Shown piece after piece: positions 1 to 13,141 of a DNA stretch of 64,000 bases (the first letter of the stretch is position 1; the number at the start of each line of letters is the position of its first letter). The translations under genes were made by a program, and so were the position numbers. The DNA is from Octopus sinensis. Lineage: Eukaryota. Location of the stretch: assembly GCF_006345805.1 (NCBI RefSeq), contig NC_043025.1, positions 13,082,001 to 13,146,000 on the forward strand, written 5' to 3'. The notes under the pieces are model-generated. The model saw only the letters and a program-made list of their open reading frames with translations, did no database searches and was not told the origin of the DNA.

Positions 1-43
1 CGAGGTGAGGTTGAGCGCTGTTTCTGGGAGGCCGGAGAATGAA

Positions 44-81
44 TGAATGCAGAACGGCGCCGTGGTTGGTCGGTTTTTATA
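44..81 (-). promoter_or_regulatory. Candidate TATA/Inr core promoter of a minus-strand transcript running off the left edge
   Basis: The minus strand reads TATAAAAA at 81-74, then GCATTCATTCATTC (Inr-like) about 30-37 nt downstream in a CpG-containing stretch. No coding sequence lies inside the window. Confidence 0.4.
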
Positions 82-689
82 GAGGACGGAGGGGGAGGAG
101 TGGGGACGGTGAGAGAGAGACAGACAGATAGACACATGGAAAGAGAGAGAGACAGACATATAGAAAGAGGGAGGGAAGGAGTCGAGAAGTGTGCGCGAGT
201 GTAGGCGTGTCTATGTATGTACATATCTCAGGCCTCTATTGCTCTGTGTGTGTGTATACATGTATTTGTATTGTTGTGCTTGACGTAGCTTCCTGCTCTG
301 TCTGTGTGACAGTGTATACACGTGTATATATATATACTCTGTGTATATACGTCCGCATGTTTGTTTAATTAAAAAATTGTGTGTGTATGGGGGAAAAAAG
401 TCAAGATAGAAAATAATTTATCTTGACTTTACATCAACTCGTGTGTTCCTTTTCATCCTTCCACATACATACATATATATTATACACACACAGATATTTT
501 TTTTTCTGGGTATATCTACTACAAACTATTGGTAAAGTCATTCTTCTGTACTACAACACAACAGAATAAATACCTATTTCTTTACTACCCACAAGGGGCT
601 TAAACACAGAGGGGACAAACAGACGGATTAAGTCGATTATATCGACCCCAGTGTATAACTACCATGACCACCACCACAATAACAATGAT

Positions 690-1075
690 GCCACTATCTA
701 TTGTGATGAAGGTGTGTATATAGGAAGGAGTGTATATAATAGACGTGTGGGTGTGAGAGCATTGAAGAACATAAGTGTGTCTGTCTTTAATAGGATTGTG
801 TGTGTGTGTATATATATATACATACATATATATGTATGTATACATATGTACATGCATATATATGTATGTATATATATGTACATACATACATACATATGTA
901 TGTATGTATATATACATACATATGTATGTATGTATATATACATACATATATATGTATGTATATATACATACATATATGTGTATGTATATATATATATATA
1001 CATATATGTGTATGTATATATATGTATGTATATATATATATACATACATATATATCTATGTATATATATATATAA
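690..1075. repeat. Compound (TA)n/(TATG)n microsatellite
   Basis: Seen directly; it accounts for the Y/I/C/M-rich ORFs at 600-1100. Confidence 0.95.
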
Positions 1076-1245
1076 TTATTTGAGGGAATATTATTCCTAA
1101 CTTACAGGGAAAAATTCAATTTAGAAATACTAAATCAAATTTCACAAAATATAATATATAAGAATTAGAAAAAAACACCTTTTATCAATTCAAAATGAAC
1201 AATTAAATTATACCATCTAGAAAATTACATATAATAGAAATATTA
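1075..1245 (+). repeat. Unclassified AT-rich interspersed repeat
   Basis: The same sequence recurs near 22315-22370 (+) and 22855-22960 (-). Confidence 0.6.
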
Positions 1246-1272
1246 AAGCACCAACCGATTGTGGCTATTTAC

Positions 1273-1455
1273 TAGCCTCCTGTGCTGGTGGCACATAAAA
1301 AGCACCCACTATACTCATGGGAGTGGTTGGCATTAGGAAGGGCATCCAGCTGTAGAAACACTGCCAGATCAGACTGGAGCAGCCTCCTGGATTCCCAGAA
1401 CTCGGTCGAACCATTCAACCCATGCTAGCATGGAAAACGGACGTTAAACGATGAC
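1273..1455 (+). mobile_element. RTE-type LINE 3' end
   Basis: GGCACATAAAAAGCACCCACTA...GGAAGGGCATCCAGCTGTAGAAA...CATGCTAGCATGGAAAACGGACGTTAAACGATGA; this tail lies downstream of RTE ORF remnants at 6232, 11888 and 61100. Confidence 0.8.
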
Positions 1456-2002
1456 CTGTCTATTATTCTGTATCCACGACAGACACACATACATTATTAT
1501 ATCAATAAATCTTCTCTTAATTATACTACCCCGTTGTGTCTCTCTGGCACTTATGTGTACTCTTCAATTATATATTTATCACATTGACCGTGTGATGTAC
1601 TAGATGTACTAAAAAGCCATTCTCATCACCAACTCTCTATCCAAAGTGCCAAGCAGAACAAAGGAGCACACATGGGACACAGACTCACTGAAGAGATCCC
1701 AGAATGTGGGACAAAGGACTCTATAATAAGAATGATAATAAAGCTTGTGTTTCATTGGCAAAATATAACAACACACACACATATTATGTTGAGTCAGGGT
1801 TTCTGTAATGGTTTGACTTTATTTGTCAAGTTACAATCAAAGCCGCCCATCGTGTTGCACTGACTGAAGCCCCCTTTTCTTTGATTCCATAATCATTCCA
1901 ATTTTGGTCCCTATTTGGCTGGGTTCTGCCAACCATCCTACCCATGCATACAGGGAAGATCGACATTAAACGATGATGATGATATACATACATATATACT
2001 AT

Positions 2003-2370
2003 TTTACTTGTTTCAGTCATTTGACTGCGGCCACGCTGGAGCACCGCCTTTAATCGAGCAACTCGACCCTGGGACATTTTCTTTTGTAAGCCCAGTACTT
2101 ATTCTATCAGTCTCTTTTTGCTGAACCGCTAAGTAACGGGGACGTAAACACACCTGCATCAGTTGTCAAGCAATGCTAGGGAGACAAACACAGACACATA
2201 TATACGACGGGCTTCTTTCAGTTTCCGTCTACCAAATCCACTCACAAGGCATTGGTCGGCCCGGGGCTATAGCAGAAGACACTTGCCCAAGGTGCCATGC
2301 AGTGGGACTGAACCCGGAATCATGTGGTTGGTTAGCAAGCTACTTACCACACAGCCACTCCTGCGCCTAT
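2003..2370 (-). mobile_element. tRNA-derived SINE family 1, full length
   Basis: Minus-strand head ATAGGCGCAGGAGTGGCTGTGTGG (A box)...GGTTCAGTCCC (B box), CORE-like TTGGGCAAGTGTCTT, internal (TA)/(TG) microsatellite and AAGAGT-type tail; about 20 copies or fragments in the window. Confidence 0.9.
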
Positions 2371-2404
2371 GTATATATATACACACACACATATATGTGT
2401 GTGT

Positions 2405-2700
2405 ATGCCTCAGTGGTTAGACTACTGGGCTCACATTCATGAGATAGTGAATCTGACTCCCAGACTGGGCTGTGTTCTTGAGCAAGACACTTTTATTTTT
2501 CATATTGCTCCAGTTCACTGAACTGTAGGAATGAGTTGCGACATCACTGGTGCCAAGCTGTATCGGCCTCTTTGCCAACATCAGTGGCATGAAGAGGGGA
2601 GGCTGGTACGCACGGGCAACTGTTTGTCATCCACAAACAACTTTGTAATTGTAACTTTCTAGGTCATACATGACCAAAAGGAGGTCTTTACTCTTTAAGT
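2405..2700 (+). mobile_element. Diverged CORE-type SINE
   Basis: CTCAGTGGTTAG A-box-like head followed by GTGTTCTTGAGCAAGACACTTT...TTGCTCCAGTTCACT (CORE-like). Confidence 0.6.
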
Positions 2701-2862
2701 ACATATATATCTATAATACAAAATCTAGCATGAACTCTGTTCAAGCCAGCGAGTAATGAGGGTACAGCATTGACAATCTACCAGTAAGGGCAAAATGTGT
2801 CAGTAATTTTTATGAGTCACTGCTGTGACAGTTTATGTTCTGTTTTGACATATATTGTGACT

Positions 2863-3057
2863 TTAACCCTTTCATTACTGTATTTATTTTGAGATGCTCT
2901 GTGTTTCTTTCAGTTAATTTTAAACATAACAAAGAAATTAGTAAAATAACTTAGTTATCATTCAGTTAGTGTTAGGAACATAAATTGTGACTAAGGTTTG
3001 GTGGAAGATTTTAATTCAGAACTTATGAAAACAAGACATTTGTACTACAGGGCCAGA
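2863..3057 (+). mobile_element. Solo, 3'-truncated copy of the TTAA (piggyBac-like) MITE that forms arrays at 35.6 and 56.2 kb
   Basis: Starts TTAACCCTTTCATTAC and matches the array unit up to TACTACAG-GCCAGA. Confidence 0.8.
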
Positions 3058-3064
3058 TAATAAT

Positions 3065-3560
3065 AAGAGAGTATCAATCACATTTTGAATGAGTGCAGTA
3101 TACTAGCACGAAATGAGTATAAGAGTAGACATGACTGTAAGCAAAAGAGTACATTGGAATGTTAGCCATGTGTGGCTTCAAAACAACAGAAAAGTGGTAT
3201 GGCTGTGATAGAAAATGAGAATTACAGGATCTCTAGGGACTTCTACATGAAGATTGACCATACTAATGAAGCAAGAATACCAGATATGATCACAGAGGAC
3301 AAAATAAACAAAGTGTAAGGTCATAGATTTTTGCAATTCCCTATGGTAATAGAGATGGTAAAAAAAAATTAGAAATATCAAGATTTAGCCAGAGAGCTGA
3401 GGAGAATGTAGAAAACTGAGACAAGAATTATTCTTGTAGTAATTGTTACATTTGGCACAAAACCCAGAAAGACATTGCAATTTGCATCATCAAGCTGTAG
3501 AGAAGTACATCTTATATTCTGCAGAAATCTTAAGAAAGATTCTTGAGATTTCAGATCTGT
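3065..3560 (+). mobile_element. Decayed R4/Dong-like non-LTR retrotransposon, C-terminal zinc knuckle plus restriction-like endonuclease
   Basis: Manual translation across frameshifts gives ESINHILNECSILARNEYKSRHD, RIPDM...VIDF-AIP, KYQDLARELRR and ILRKILE, the typical motifs of RLE-bearing LINEs. Confidence 0.75.
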
Positions 3561-5334
3561 TGTTGCCAAACCTCAAGATGAGATATCTGCTAAGTAAATA
3601 AGCATACACTAGTGAAATAATGATAATAATATTAAAATAACAGCAGCAATTTTATTCAGCTGAATACACGTCATTGATTGGTTGAAATTACCGAAACACA
3701 ACAACTTTAACGTGAAATAACTCCGTAAAGATAAGTTTTTCTCAAAAATGCTAAGAGTAAAAGATGTCCGAAAGTGTTTAGTTACAAAAAATTATTTCTT
3801 AAATCTGTCGGTGAAAAGATAAAGATCCAAGGAAGAAGACAATATAGAAAAATGACGTATTTGTTTATCTCCTGCTTTTGTGTTGATACATTGAGAAAAA
3901 AACATGAGTTTCAATGATTTTTGACTCTCCCTCATTCAGGAATAAGTATTTGAAAACTAGGTAGGTACTTTAAAACACCAGGATATGACCCAAAAGTGCA
4001 GTTTAATTGTTTATATATATATGGACTAAGTGGATCTAGAACACACACGGAAATGAGAAGTGTCGCTGAAGAGATCACAGTTGTGTGACGAAAGATTTCC
4101 GGATAATAATAAAATAACAGTAATAAATGAGTGAAGAAAAAAAAATATATATATATATATACAGTGTGCTTATTTGGCAAAAACAGAAATAATAAACAAA
4201 ATAACCATCCCAAAATACATATATGTATATATATACGTCTATTTATATATAAAAACATATTTCTTTTTTGACTGAAGAATGCTGAGGCAGATAAACCTTT
4301 AAATAACTGTATGTCAATAATGAGTTAACAGCATATACATGAATGTTTGTATGTGTGTATATATATCTGTGAATGTGACAGATAAAATTTCTCTATTTAC
4401 ATAATATCGAGGTCTCTTTCTTTCTTACCATTTCTATCAATATATATATACACACACACGCAAACTTTGTTCGTGTGTCTATATGTAGAGGATGCACAAG
4501 ATAGCAGTTGTATTAAATATCAGAAAATCCGGCAGACCCACCCCTCTTCCTGTCCCCCACCAGTCCTTTATCTGTGATAAGAGACATAGCTGAGCTGATA
4601 AGGGGCCACTCGGAGGAAGTTGTGACAGCAGCCCCTGATGCAACTCTGAGGTGTCTGCAGCTGTTTTGTCCCTAAAAGGGAATCAGGCTTACCTTTTATC
4701 ATGGACTAATCCCTGCTTAATTGATATATATATACGAGCAAAATGCCCCCTCCATCCAATAGACAGTGCTGAGTTGTCAAACATTTAAACCAAATTTTCT
4801 CAAAACAACTTGTCCGACCGTCCCATAGGCCTCCCCTTTGAGAAACACTGATTTAACCTAAATTTGAGACACCAGCAAAAGAAGAAAGATTTTATTCACA
4901 CAAATATGCAACTGAAGAGCTTAAAGTACCAGTAATGATAAGGCTGTTGACTGGGAGAACACAAACATGCCTTTAAGCAGTACAAGAACAGCAAAAAATG
5001 GAAGGTGCAGTTATGTACAGGTTGACGGAAGAAAAGCAGGACAAAAACGGCTTTATCAATCACATTCTCACCTGGAATCGATTTTTGCAAGACTTAGGGC
5101 GTCGGTATCTGAGCGCAATCGGATGCCCGAGAACCAAGAAGACAGACAGAATGGATGGATTTTATATAAGAGATGTGTATATATATATATACATACATCC
5201 AGCAGTAGAAACGATGCCAATCAGACTGGAGTAGCTCCTCAGCTTGCCACCTCTCGTCAAATTGTCCAACCCATCCATGCCAGCTTGGAAAACGGACATT
5301 AAATGAAGTTGATGACATAACAGTAACCACATAT

Positions 5335-5535
5335 ATATTTCTTTATTGCTCACTGAGGGGACAAACAAGGACAGAGAAAGGGATTAAGTCGGTTAAATCA
5401 ACCCCAGTGCGAAACTGGTACTTTATTTGTCGGCCCCGAAAGGATGAAAAGCAAAGTCAACCTTAGCAGAATTTGAACTCAGAACGTAACAAATACCGCT
5501 AAGCATTTTGCATGGCGCGCTAGCTTGCCGCCAAT
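5335..5535 (-). mobile_element. tRNA-derived SINE family 3
   Basis: Minus strand has GAGTTCAAATTC (B box) and TTTCATCCTTTCGGGG; same family as the full copy at 63455-63686. Confidence 0.8.
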
Positions 5536-5600
5536 ACAGTAACCACCTACACACAATATATGCATGCATAACATACACATGTATATATTACACACACATA

Positions 5601-5760
5601 CAGAGTGCAGTGAATAAACTGTCGTCTAAATTACACAAAAATGAAAATAACACTGACATCTCATTTTAACAATTATATTTACCAAAATTACATAAAAATA
5701 TCTTGAAATACTAAAGAGTAAATTTATTCAATAAAACCGCCATTGGCTTCGACCTTGGAC
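5601..5760 (-). mobile_element. 3' end of a Tc1/mariner-superfamily element
   Basis: TA|CAG terminus at 5599-5603. The minus strand reads GAA GCC AAT GGC GGT TTT ATT GAA TAA (EANGGFIE*), resembling Tc1-like transposase C-termini. Confidence 0.5.
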
Positions 5761-6231
5761 TCTCCAGCAGCTTAAAAATATAAAATGGTGACAATTTACC
5801 CATCGCACCTTGTATATATACACACCTACATGTATAAGTGGAGAGACCAGAAGAGCCATCAAGAAAAAAGTCACAACATCCATCGACCGACGCAACGGAA
5901 GTACGATAGCACAAGAATACAGTTGTACTCTATATAAGGCAGTGTTCTGCATGATATCAGTTGTCGGTACTTGAGAGAGAAGGAGGCCAAGTGGGGATGG
6001 GTCACTAGCAGAAGTGTTTTGTGGTGGTGGTTATGGCAATTGTGGTTGTGTAGGTAGTAGTGGCTGTTTGGCAGATCCCCATCATACAACAATGACGATT
6101 CAGTTGTTTGATCTCAACAGAATTACCTGCCTTTGAATTAACATCTAAGTGGCTGAGTACTCCACAGGCACACGTACTTTTAATATATTAATTCTCATGC
6201 AAAATCAGTCTGACTCAGGGCTAACCTTTTT

Positions 6232-6740
6232 AAAATACGAGGTAGTCAAGCATGACCTCAGGGCGTTGGGCCTCACAGAGGCAATGACGAAGGACCGAGA
6301 TCTCTGGAGATATGCTGTGACTGCAAAGACCCGGGCTGCTTCCTGCACCAGTTCTGCATAGCCCCTGCCCATTCAAAGTACCTTGGATTTCAGAACATCC
6401 TGCTGTGCTTGAGGAGACCTGTTGAGTCAAGTACATGAACATCGAAATAAATATCAAATAGTAGTTGTGACACCTGTGCCAGTGGCACATAAAAAGCACC
6501 ATCCGAATGTGGCCGATGCCAGCGCCACCTTGACTGGCTTCCGTGCCGGTGGCACGTTAAAAGCACCAACTGATCGTGGCCGCTGCCAGACTCCAGTGGC
6601 ACGTGCAAAGCACCCACTACACTTACGGAGTGGTTGGCGTTAGGAAGGGCATCCAGCTGTAGAAACACTGCCAGATCAGACTGGAGCAGCCTCCTGGATT
6701 CCCAGACCCCGTGCTAGCACGGAAAACGGATGATGATGAA
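6232..6740 (+). mobile_element. RTE LINE 3' fragment (ORF end, 3'UTR, GAT tail)
   Basis: EVVKHDLRALGLTEAMTKDRDLWRYAV followed by 3'UTR modules and a GATGATGATGA tail. Confidence 0.85.
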
Positions 6741-7450
6741 TCTAATTTATGGGACTCATCACAGTTTCCCTTTATCCAGTTTCATTTACAAGATTACCAT
6801 ATGTGTCACAAGACAGTACCACAGACAGAGAGAGAAATGTAATGAGTGAGACCTCTACACAGTGGCTAAGCAAGCTAAAAATAGCAGTCAAATCTTTAAA
6901 AAAATGCACCCTATGTATGTATAACCTTCCTTTGGCATTCAGATTAATCTGTCAAATGTAATGCTTATTTATTATTTGGAATTAATCCTGGATTATCTCA
7001 TAGCTTTGAGATTTCAATGATGTGATTGTTTATTTTCAGAATGACATTGTAGGGTAGGTGTGAGAGGCTAGCCGTAGCAGGTTCGAACATGAGATGGAAT
7101 AATCTGACAGGATATGGCTGTTTTCAATGCGAAAGAGTTAAGCTTAGATAATTTCTGTTTAGCTTCTGGTTTCATAAATTCCACCGTATTTGCATGGGAT
7201 TTGGTTATGAATGGAAAGCAATGCTGTTGAATGGAGAGTCTTTTATAAACATTTGGACCTAAACTATAGAAATTGTCGCTGTTATCAGGAATGGCTTTAT
7301 GTAACAATGCTGTAAATTATACAACCTATTCAATCACCACTTTGTAGCTCAACACCTGACTGTATGTGTATATGTGTATATATATATATATGGGTGGGTG
7401 AGGAGGGGGGTATGTGTGTGCATGTGTATCTGTGTAAAAATACCTACATA

Positions 7451-7813
7451 TACTCTTTTACTTGTTTCAGTCATTTGACTGCGGCCATGCTGGAGCACCG
7501 CCTTTAGTCGAGCAAATCGACCCTGGGACTTATTCCTTGTAAGCCCAGTACTTATTCTATCGGTCTCTTTTGCCGAACCACTAAGTGACGGGGACATAAA
7601 CACACCAGCATCAGTTGTCAAGCAATGCTAAGGGGACAAACACACACACACATATATATACGACAGGCTTCTTTCAGTTTCCGTCAACCAAATCCACTCA
7701 CAAGGCATTGGTCGGCCCGGGGCTATAGCAAAAGACACCACGCAGTGGGACTGAACCCAGAACCATGTGGTTGGTTAGCAAGCTACTTACCACACAGCTA
7801 CTCCTGCGCCTAT
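7451..7813 (-). mobile_element. SINE family 1, full length
   Basis: Same A/B box head and tail as 2003-2370. Confidence 0.9.
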
Positions 7814-7887
7814 ATATATTTCTTTTTACTTGTTTCGGTCATTTAACTGCAGCCATGCTGGAGCACCACTTTTAGTCGATATATATA

Positions 7888-9139
7888 TAGGGTTATCTCA
7901 TAAATAATGTGGCTTTTCCAATTGCATGAACCGAAATTCAGAGGGGTATGGGATAAAGTACCTGCATCAACTTCCTATAAATGCAGGTAGTAAGTTAACC
8001 TATTCCTTATTCTTAGTGCAAGTTTTGAAGAGTGCAGTTTGAATTGAACAGTTATTTTTTGAAAGCTATAATGGAAATGACAAAGGAGCATATTTTTCCT
8101 TTTTGAATTCAATAAAGGCAACAGAAAGTGTGAGGAATATTAATGCCTTATATGGAAATCGGAGAATAAACATAAGCCAGTGTCAATGGTGTTTCCAGAT
8201 ATTCCAAGCCGGAAACTACAGCCTAGAAGACGAGCCTTGTCCTGGAAGATCTGTAGGGCTCAATGAAGTTGTCCTGCAAACCTTGGTAGAACAAAATCCC
8301 ATGGTAATTGTTGAGGAACTAGCAGAGAAACTTGGATTTGGTCATTCATCAACACCTGTGTGCCATCGGAAAAGTCAGCAAATTGGGTCAATGGGTTCCT
8401 CACAAACTTTCCGAGACTAACCACATGCAGAGAGTGAACATGTGCTCTTCTTTGCTGTCATGTCTCATGAACGAACCTTTTTTGGACCCAATAGTAACTG
8501 GTGATGAGAAATGGGTTTTCTATAAAAATGTCAAGTGCCGAAGACTGTGGGTAGGGAAAGGAGAAACACCAGCACCCCAGGCTAAAGAAGGTCTTCACCC
8601 ACGTTAGGTGTTGTTATCTGAATGGTGGGATATGAAATCCACTTTGATCTTTTAAACCCAAACCAAATGATAACAAAGGAGATATACTGTGAACAGATTA
8701 AGTGGATTAAGTCAGAACTAGAAGAAAACGACCATCTTTGTTTCCAAGACAAAAGGTGTTCTTCCATCAAGATAATGCTTGGCCACATACAGCGAGGATG
8801 CCATTCCAAAGGCTGGAGCAGTTTCAGTGGGAACCGATGTCCCACCCACCATATTCGCTGGACATTGCACCAACTGACTATCAGTTATTCAGCAGTCTTC
8901 AAAATCATTTGGATGGGAAAAATATGAATTCTCCAGACGAGGCCAGAAGAATATTTTTCATCATGGACAAGTGAATTTTGGAAGAGGGGCCTTGCAAGTC
9001 TCCTAAATAGATGGAAGAGCATTGTAGAAAATGAAGGAGAGTAAATTTTAGATTAAAAAATGAACTTTGGTCATCTTAATTTTGAAAAATGAAAGAAGTA
9101 TTTTAAAAAAACCCGCATTATTTATGGAACAATCCAATA
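7888..9139 (+). mobile_element. Decayed mariner (DD34D) transposon, about 1.25 kb
   Basis: Imperfect TIRs of about 30 bp (TAGGGTTATCTCATAAATAATGTGG / CCGCATTATTTATGGAACAATCCAATA) in TA context. Split ORFs carry WVPHKL, IVTGDEKW, HQDNAWPH and YSLDIAPTDY, with 34 residues between the 2nd and 3rd Asp. Several frameshifts and stops. Confidence 0.92.
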
Positions 9140-10031
9140 TAAATGTGTGTGTACAGTTATATATATATGTGTGTGTGTACAATTATATATATATGTGTGT
9201 GTGTGAACAATTATATATATGTGTGTGTGTACAGTTATATATATATGTGTGTGTGTGTGTACAGTTATATATATATATGTGTGTGTACGTGTACAATTAT
9301 ATATATAATTGTACACACACACACATGTGAACCTCTGATACATATCCACAGACACACTTATATTTAAAGTCAACATAGGAGCATTTAATGAAATAAATTG
9401 GTTTCCTGTAGAGATGAGGGGGTGGGAGGGAATGAAGTATGAGGGAGGGGGGAGAGAGGTAATGAAGTATAATGGAAGGAGGGGAAAAAGTAATAAATTA
9501 TAATAGAAATAAGGGGAAGGTAATAGTGTAGGAGAGAGGTAATGAAGTATGAGAGAGGGGTAGACAAGAGACAGAAGAGGGTTAGTGTGAGTAAAAAAAT
9601 GTGAGGTTTGCTTTCACAAACCCAATTCCATTTTTTGAATCAGCTACACACGCAACTATTACACCATTCCAGGCTCAAGCTGTGTGGCTTCTGTATCAAT
9701 ATTTACTGTCTGATATTTCAGGCCCACCCAGGGTCCCCCTCGGCTGGATCCCATGACAATCATACGCCATCAAGGTGGCAGCCAGCCAGCCAGCCAGCCA
9801 GTATCATTTAACGTCTGGCATCGGTTGGGTGCTTTGACAGTGTCTGTTTTGGCAGGGTTTCAACACACGGATGCCCTTCAAAAATTCTAACCCTTTTACA
9901 GAATGTATTGGGGGCTTTTTATGTGACACTGGCAAAAGTGGATTATATGTGTCATTGGCACAACAATTAAATAGATTAATCAAAGAAATTAGCTTCAAAC
10001 GAAGATATGCGTACTGAGATATATATATATA

Positions 10032-10845
10032 CTAGCAGTTTTGTTTCGACCCTTTAGAATTGGAATTTTTGAAAAGTAAACATTTTGCATTATGTAGCTT
10101 GTTATTCTCTTTAAGTGAACATTTTTCTGGTTGAAATACACCGAAAAATGGCGACACAGCAGTCAAAAAATCGTAAAAAATAGGGATTTTCATAGAAAAA
10201 AAAAAGCACCTTTTTGATGTAAATAAGTTTTGGTGTTAACATGGTCTGATTTGAATTTTTTCTTCTACGGAAGGAAGAGCAAGCCTTCTTCTATCATACT
10301 CTCAATTTTGGTCATCTTGTGCTGCAGGGTCTTGGAGGAGATAGTGTTAGTTGAAGGCTACCAAACCTGCCATACACACACAACTTCAGCTTTATAAATC
10401 GTAAAAAATAGGGATTTTCATAGAAAAAAAGCATCTTTTTGATGTAAATAATTTTTGGTGTTAACATGGTCTGATCTGAATTTTTTCTTCTACGGAAGGA
10501 AGAGCAAGCCTTCTTCTATCATACTCTCAATTTTGGTCATCTTGTGCTGCAGGGTCTTGGAGGAGATAGTGTTAGTTGAAGGCTACCAAACCTGCCATAC
10601 ACACACAACTTCAGCTTTATAAATCGTAAAAAATAGGGATTTTCATAGAAAAAAAGCATCTTTTTGATGTAAATAATTTTTGGTGTTAACATGGTCTGAT
10701 CTGAATTTTTTCTTCTACGGAAGGAAGAGCAAGCCTTCTTCTATCATACTCTCAACTTTGGTCAACTTGCGCCGCAGGGTCTCAGAGGAGATAGTGTTAG
10801 TTGAAGGCTGCCACACACAGACAACTTCAGCTTTATATATATATA
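10032..10845 (-). mobile_element. Non-autonomous Helitron with three tandem 5' modules
   Basis: Ends CTAG|T on the minus strand (subterminal hairpin deleted). Same family as 41520-42150 and 43723-44300; three units of about 220-227 bp. Confidence 0.75.
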
Positions 10846-11887
10846 CTAGCCTTGAAGCTGCCCCTCAGGTGGCATTCCAGTTCGCTCCTGCGGAGGGTAC
10901 CTCTGAGGCCTTCAGTCCTGCTATTAAGCCACTTTGCATCCCTCTTGTGGTTGGCATTAGGAAGGGCATCCAGCTGTAGAAACCAACCCAAATCAGAATG
11001 GAACTCCAGTCCAATGCTCAAAACATACCAGCAAGGACACTGGAGGTTAAAAGATGGTGATATACATATGTGTATATATATATATATATGTGTGTGTATG
11101 TGTATATATATATATATATGTGTGTGTATGTATATATATATATATATATGTGTGTATGTATATATAGATATATGTATATATACTCTTTTACTTGTTTCAG
11201 TTATTTGAGAGTGGCCATGCTGGAGCACAACCTTCAGTCGAGCAAATTGACCCCGGGACTTATTCTTTGTAAGCCTAGTACTTATTCTATCGGTCTCTTT
11301 TTGCAAAACTGCTAAGTCACAGGGATGTAAACACACCAGCATCGGTTGTCAAGCGATGTTGGGGGGACAAGCAGACACACACATATATATGTAGAGAGAG
11401 AAGAACAAAATAGAGGAAAGAAGAGAAAGAGGGTGTAGACAGAGAGAGAGAAAAAGGAAAGATAGAGAGAGGGGTGCAAAAGGGTGTATCATCATGTAAG
11501 TAAGTACGTACGTATATTTCTGGCAAACATTAAGAAATCATTCCAGAGAATTAAGTTTCACAAATCTCCAGCTAATTACAGAAGGTCACTGCAGGCTGTA
11601 ATTAGTCGCTAACGATATATGTCAGAGTGATATCTAATTATTTATTTATTTGTGTTATTTGTTTGTTTGTGTTGTTGGAACCGGCACAAACGGGTGGTTG
11701 GGAGATATGGTTTGTAAGCCAAGGGGTGGTTCAGGGATGCGGTGGTGGTGTAAGGGCAGAACAAATATCTCAGGGGGGCAAGTTTGAAAAACACCTCATT
11801 ATTGGGGCTTCTTTCTTGCTAATTGATATCCATCTATATATATATTTGTCTGCTGGTAACAAAAGGCCTCTCGCTCAGGGTAAAAGG

Positions 11888-12650
11888 CAGACTGTATGAC
11901 GCATGTGTGTGAACAGCCATGCTACATGTCAGTGAAACATGGGCTGTGACTGCTGAGGACATGCTTAAGCTTGCAAGGAATAAAGCCAGTATGATCTGAT
12001 GGATGTGTAATGTTCATACTCGACAGAGTGTAAGTACCTTGAGAGAAAAGTTGGACCTAAGAAGCATCAGATGTGGTGTGCGCTGGTATGGATGAGGATA
12101 GCTGTATGAAAAAGTGCCACACCCTAGTAAGTTGAGTGAACCTGTGGAAAAGGTAGACCCAGGAAAACCTGGGATGAGGTGGTGAAGCAGGACCTTCGAA
12201 GCTTAGGTCTCACCGAGGCAATGACTAGTGACCAAGACCTTTGGAAATATGCTGTGCGTGAGAAGACCCAGCAGGACAAATGAGACCATAACCTGTGGCC
12301 TTTACTAGGGATATAGCCAGCCCACTTATGCATACCTTTCCTTCTTTGGACATAAAACTCTGCTTGCGAAGACCAAAATTCGATGACTGGCACCCGTGCC
12401 GGTGGGCACGTAAAAAGCACCATTTGAGCGTGATCGTTACCAGCATCACCTTACTGGCACTTGAGCCGATGCCACATGAACAAAACATTCGAGCGAGGTC
12501 ATTGCCGCTGGACTGACTCCTGTGCAGATGGCACTTAAAAAACACCATTTCGAGCGTGGCATGTAAAAGTACCCACTACACTCTCGGAGTGGTTGGCATT
12601 AGGAAGGGTATCCAGCTGTAGAAACTCTGCCAGATTAGATAGGAGCCTGG
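11888..12650 (+). mobile_element. RTE LINE 3' fragment
   Basis: Decayed RT C-terminus (LYDACV.TAMLH.SETWAVTAEDM; GRPRKTWDEVVKQDL) followed by 3'UTR modules. Confidence 0.85.
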
Positions 12651-12774
12651 TGCAACCATCTGGTTCGCCAAATCCGTCTACCAAATCCACTAACAAGGCT
12701 TTGGTCGGCCCGGGGCTATAGTAGAAGACATGCTGTGGGACTGAACCCGGAATCATGTGGTTGGTAAGCAAGTA

Positions 12775-13141
12775 TACTCTTTTACTTGTTTCAGTCATTT
12801 GACTGCGGCCATGCTGGAGCACCGCCTTTAATCGAGCAACCCGACCCCGGGACTTATTCTTTGTAAGCCCAGTATTTATTCTATCGGTCTCTTATCGCTA
12901 AGTGAAGGGGACATAAACACACCAGCATCGGTTGTCAAGCAATGCTAGGGGGACAAACACAGACATACAAACACACACACATACATATATATGACGGGCT
13001 TCTTTCAGTTTCTGTCTACCAAATTCACTCACAAGGCTTTGGTCGGCCCGGGGCTATAGCAGAAGACACTTGCCCAAGATGCCACACAGTGGGACTGAAC
13101 CCGGAACCATGTGGTTGGTAAGCAAGCCACTCTTGTGCCTA
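12775..13141 (-). mobile_element. SINE family 1
   Basis: Family match; a second partial head lies at 12668-12774. Confidence 0.85.

Noticed and set aside
600-1100. Overlapping 60-149 aa ORFs rich in Y/I/C/M/V (also at 21660-22189, 47401-47976, 59133-59862)
   Set aside because: They are translations of (TA)/(TG) microsatellites, open in several frames on both strands.
4967-5302. Unique-looking ORFs (111 and 78 aa), and similarly 7068-7307 and 39908-40126
   Set aside because: No recognisable domain, no convincing splice structure, and they run into repeats.
5790-5900. Possible GIY-YIG (Penelope) remnant, CISGETRRAIK
   Set aside because: The similarity is limited to a few residues, with no supporting motifs.
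8103-8974. Functional or domesticated mariner transposase (SETMAR-like)
   Set aside because: Several frameshifts and stops, TIRs still present, and a second decayed copy in the window. This is an ordinary fossil.
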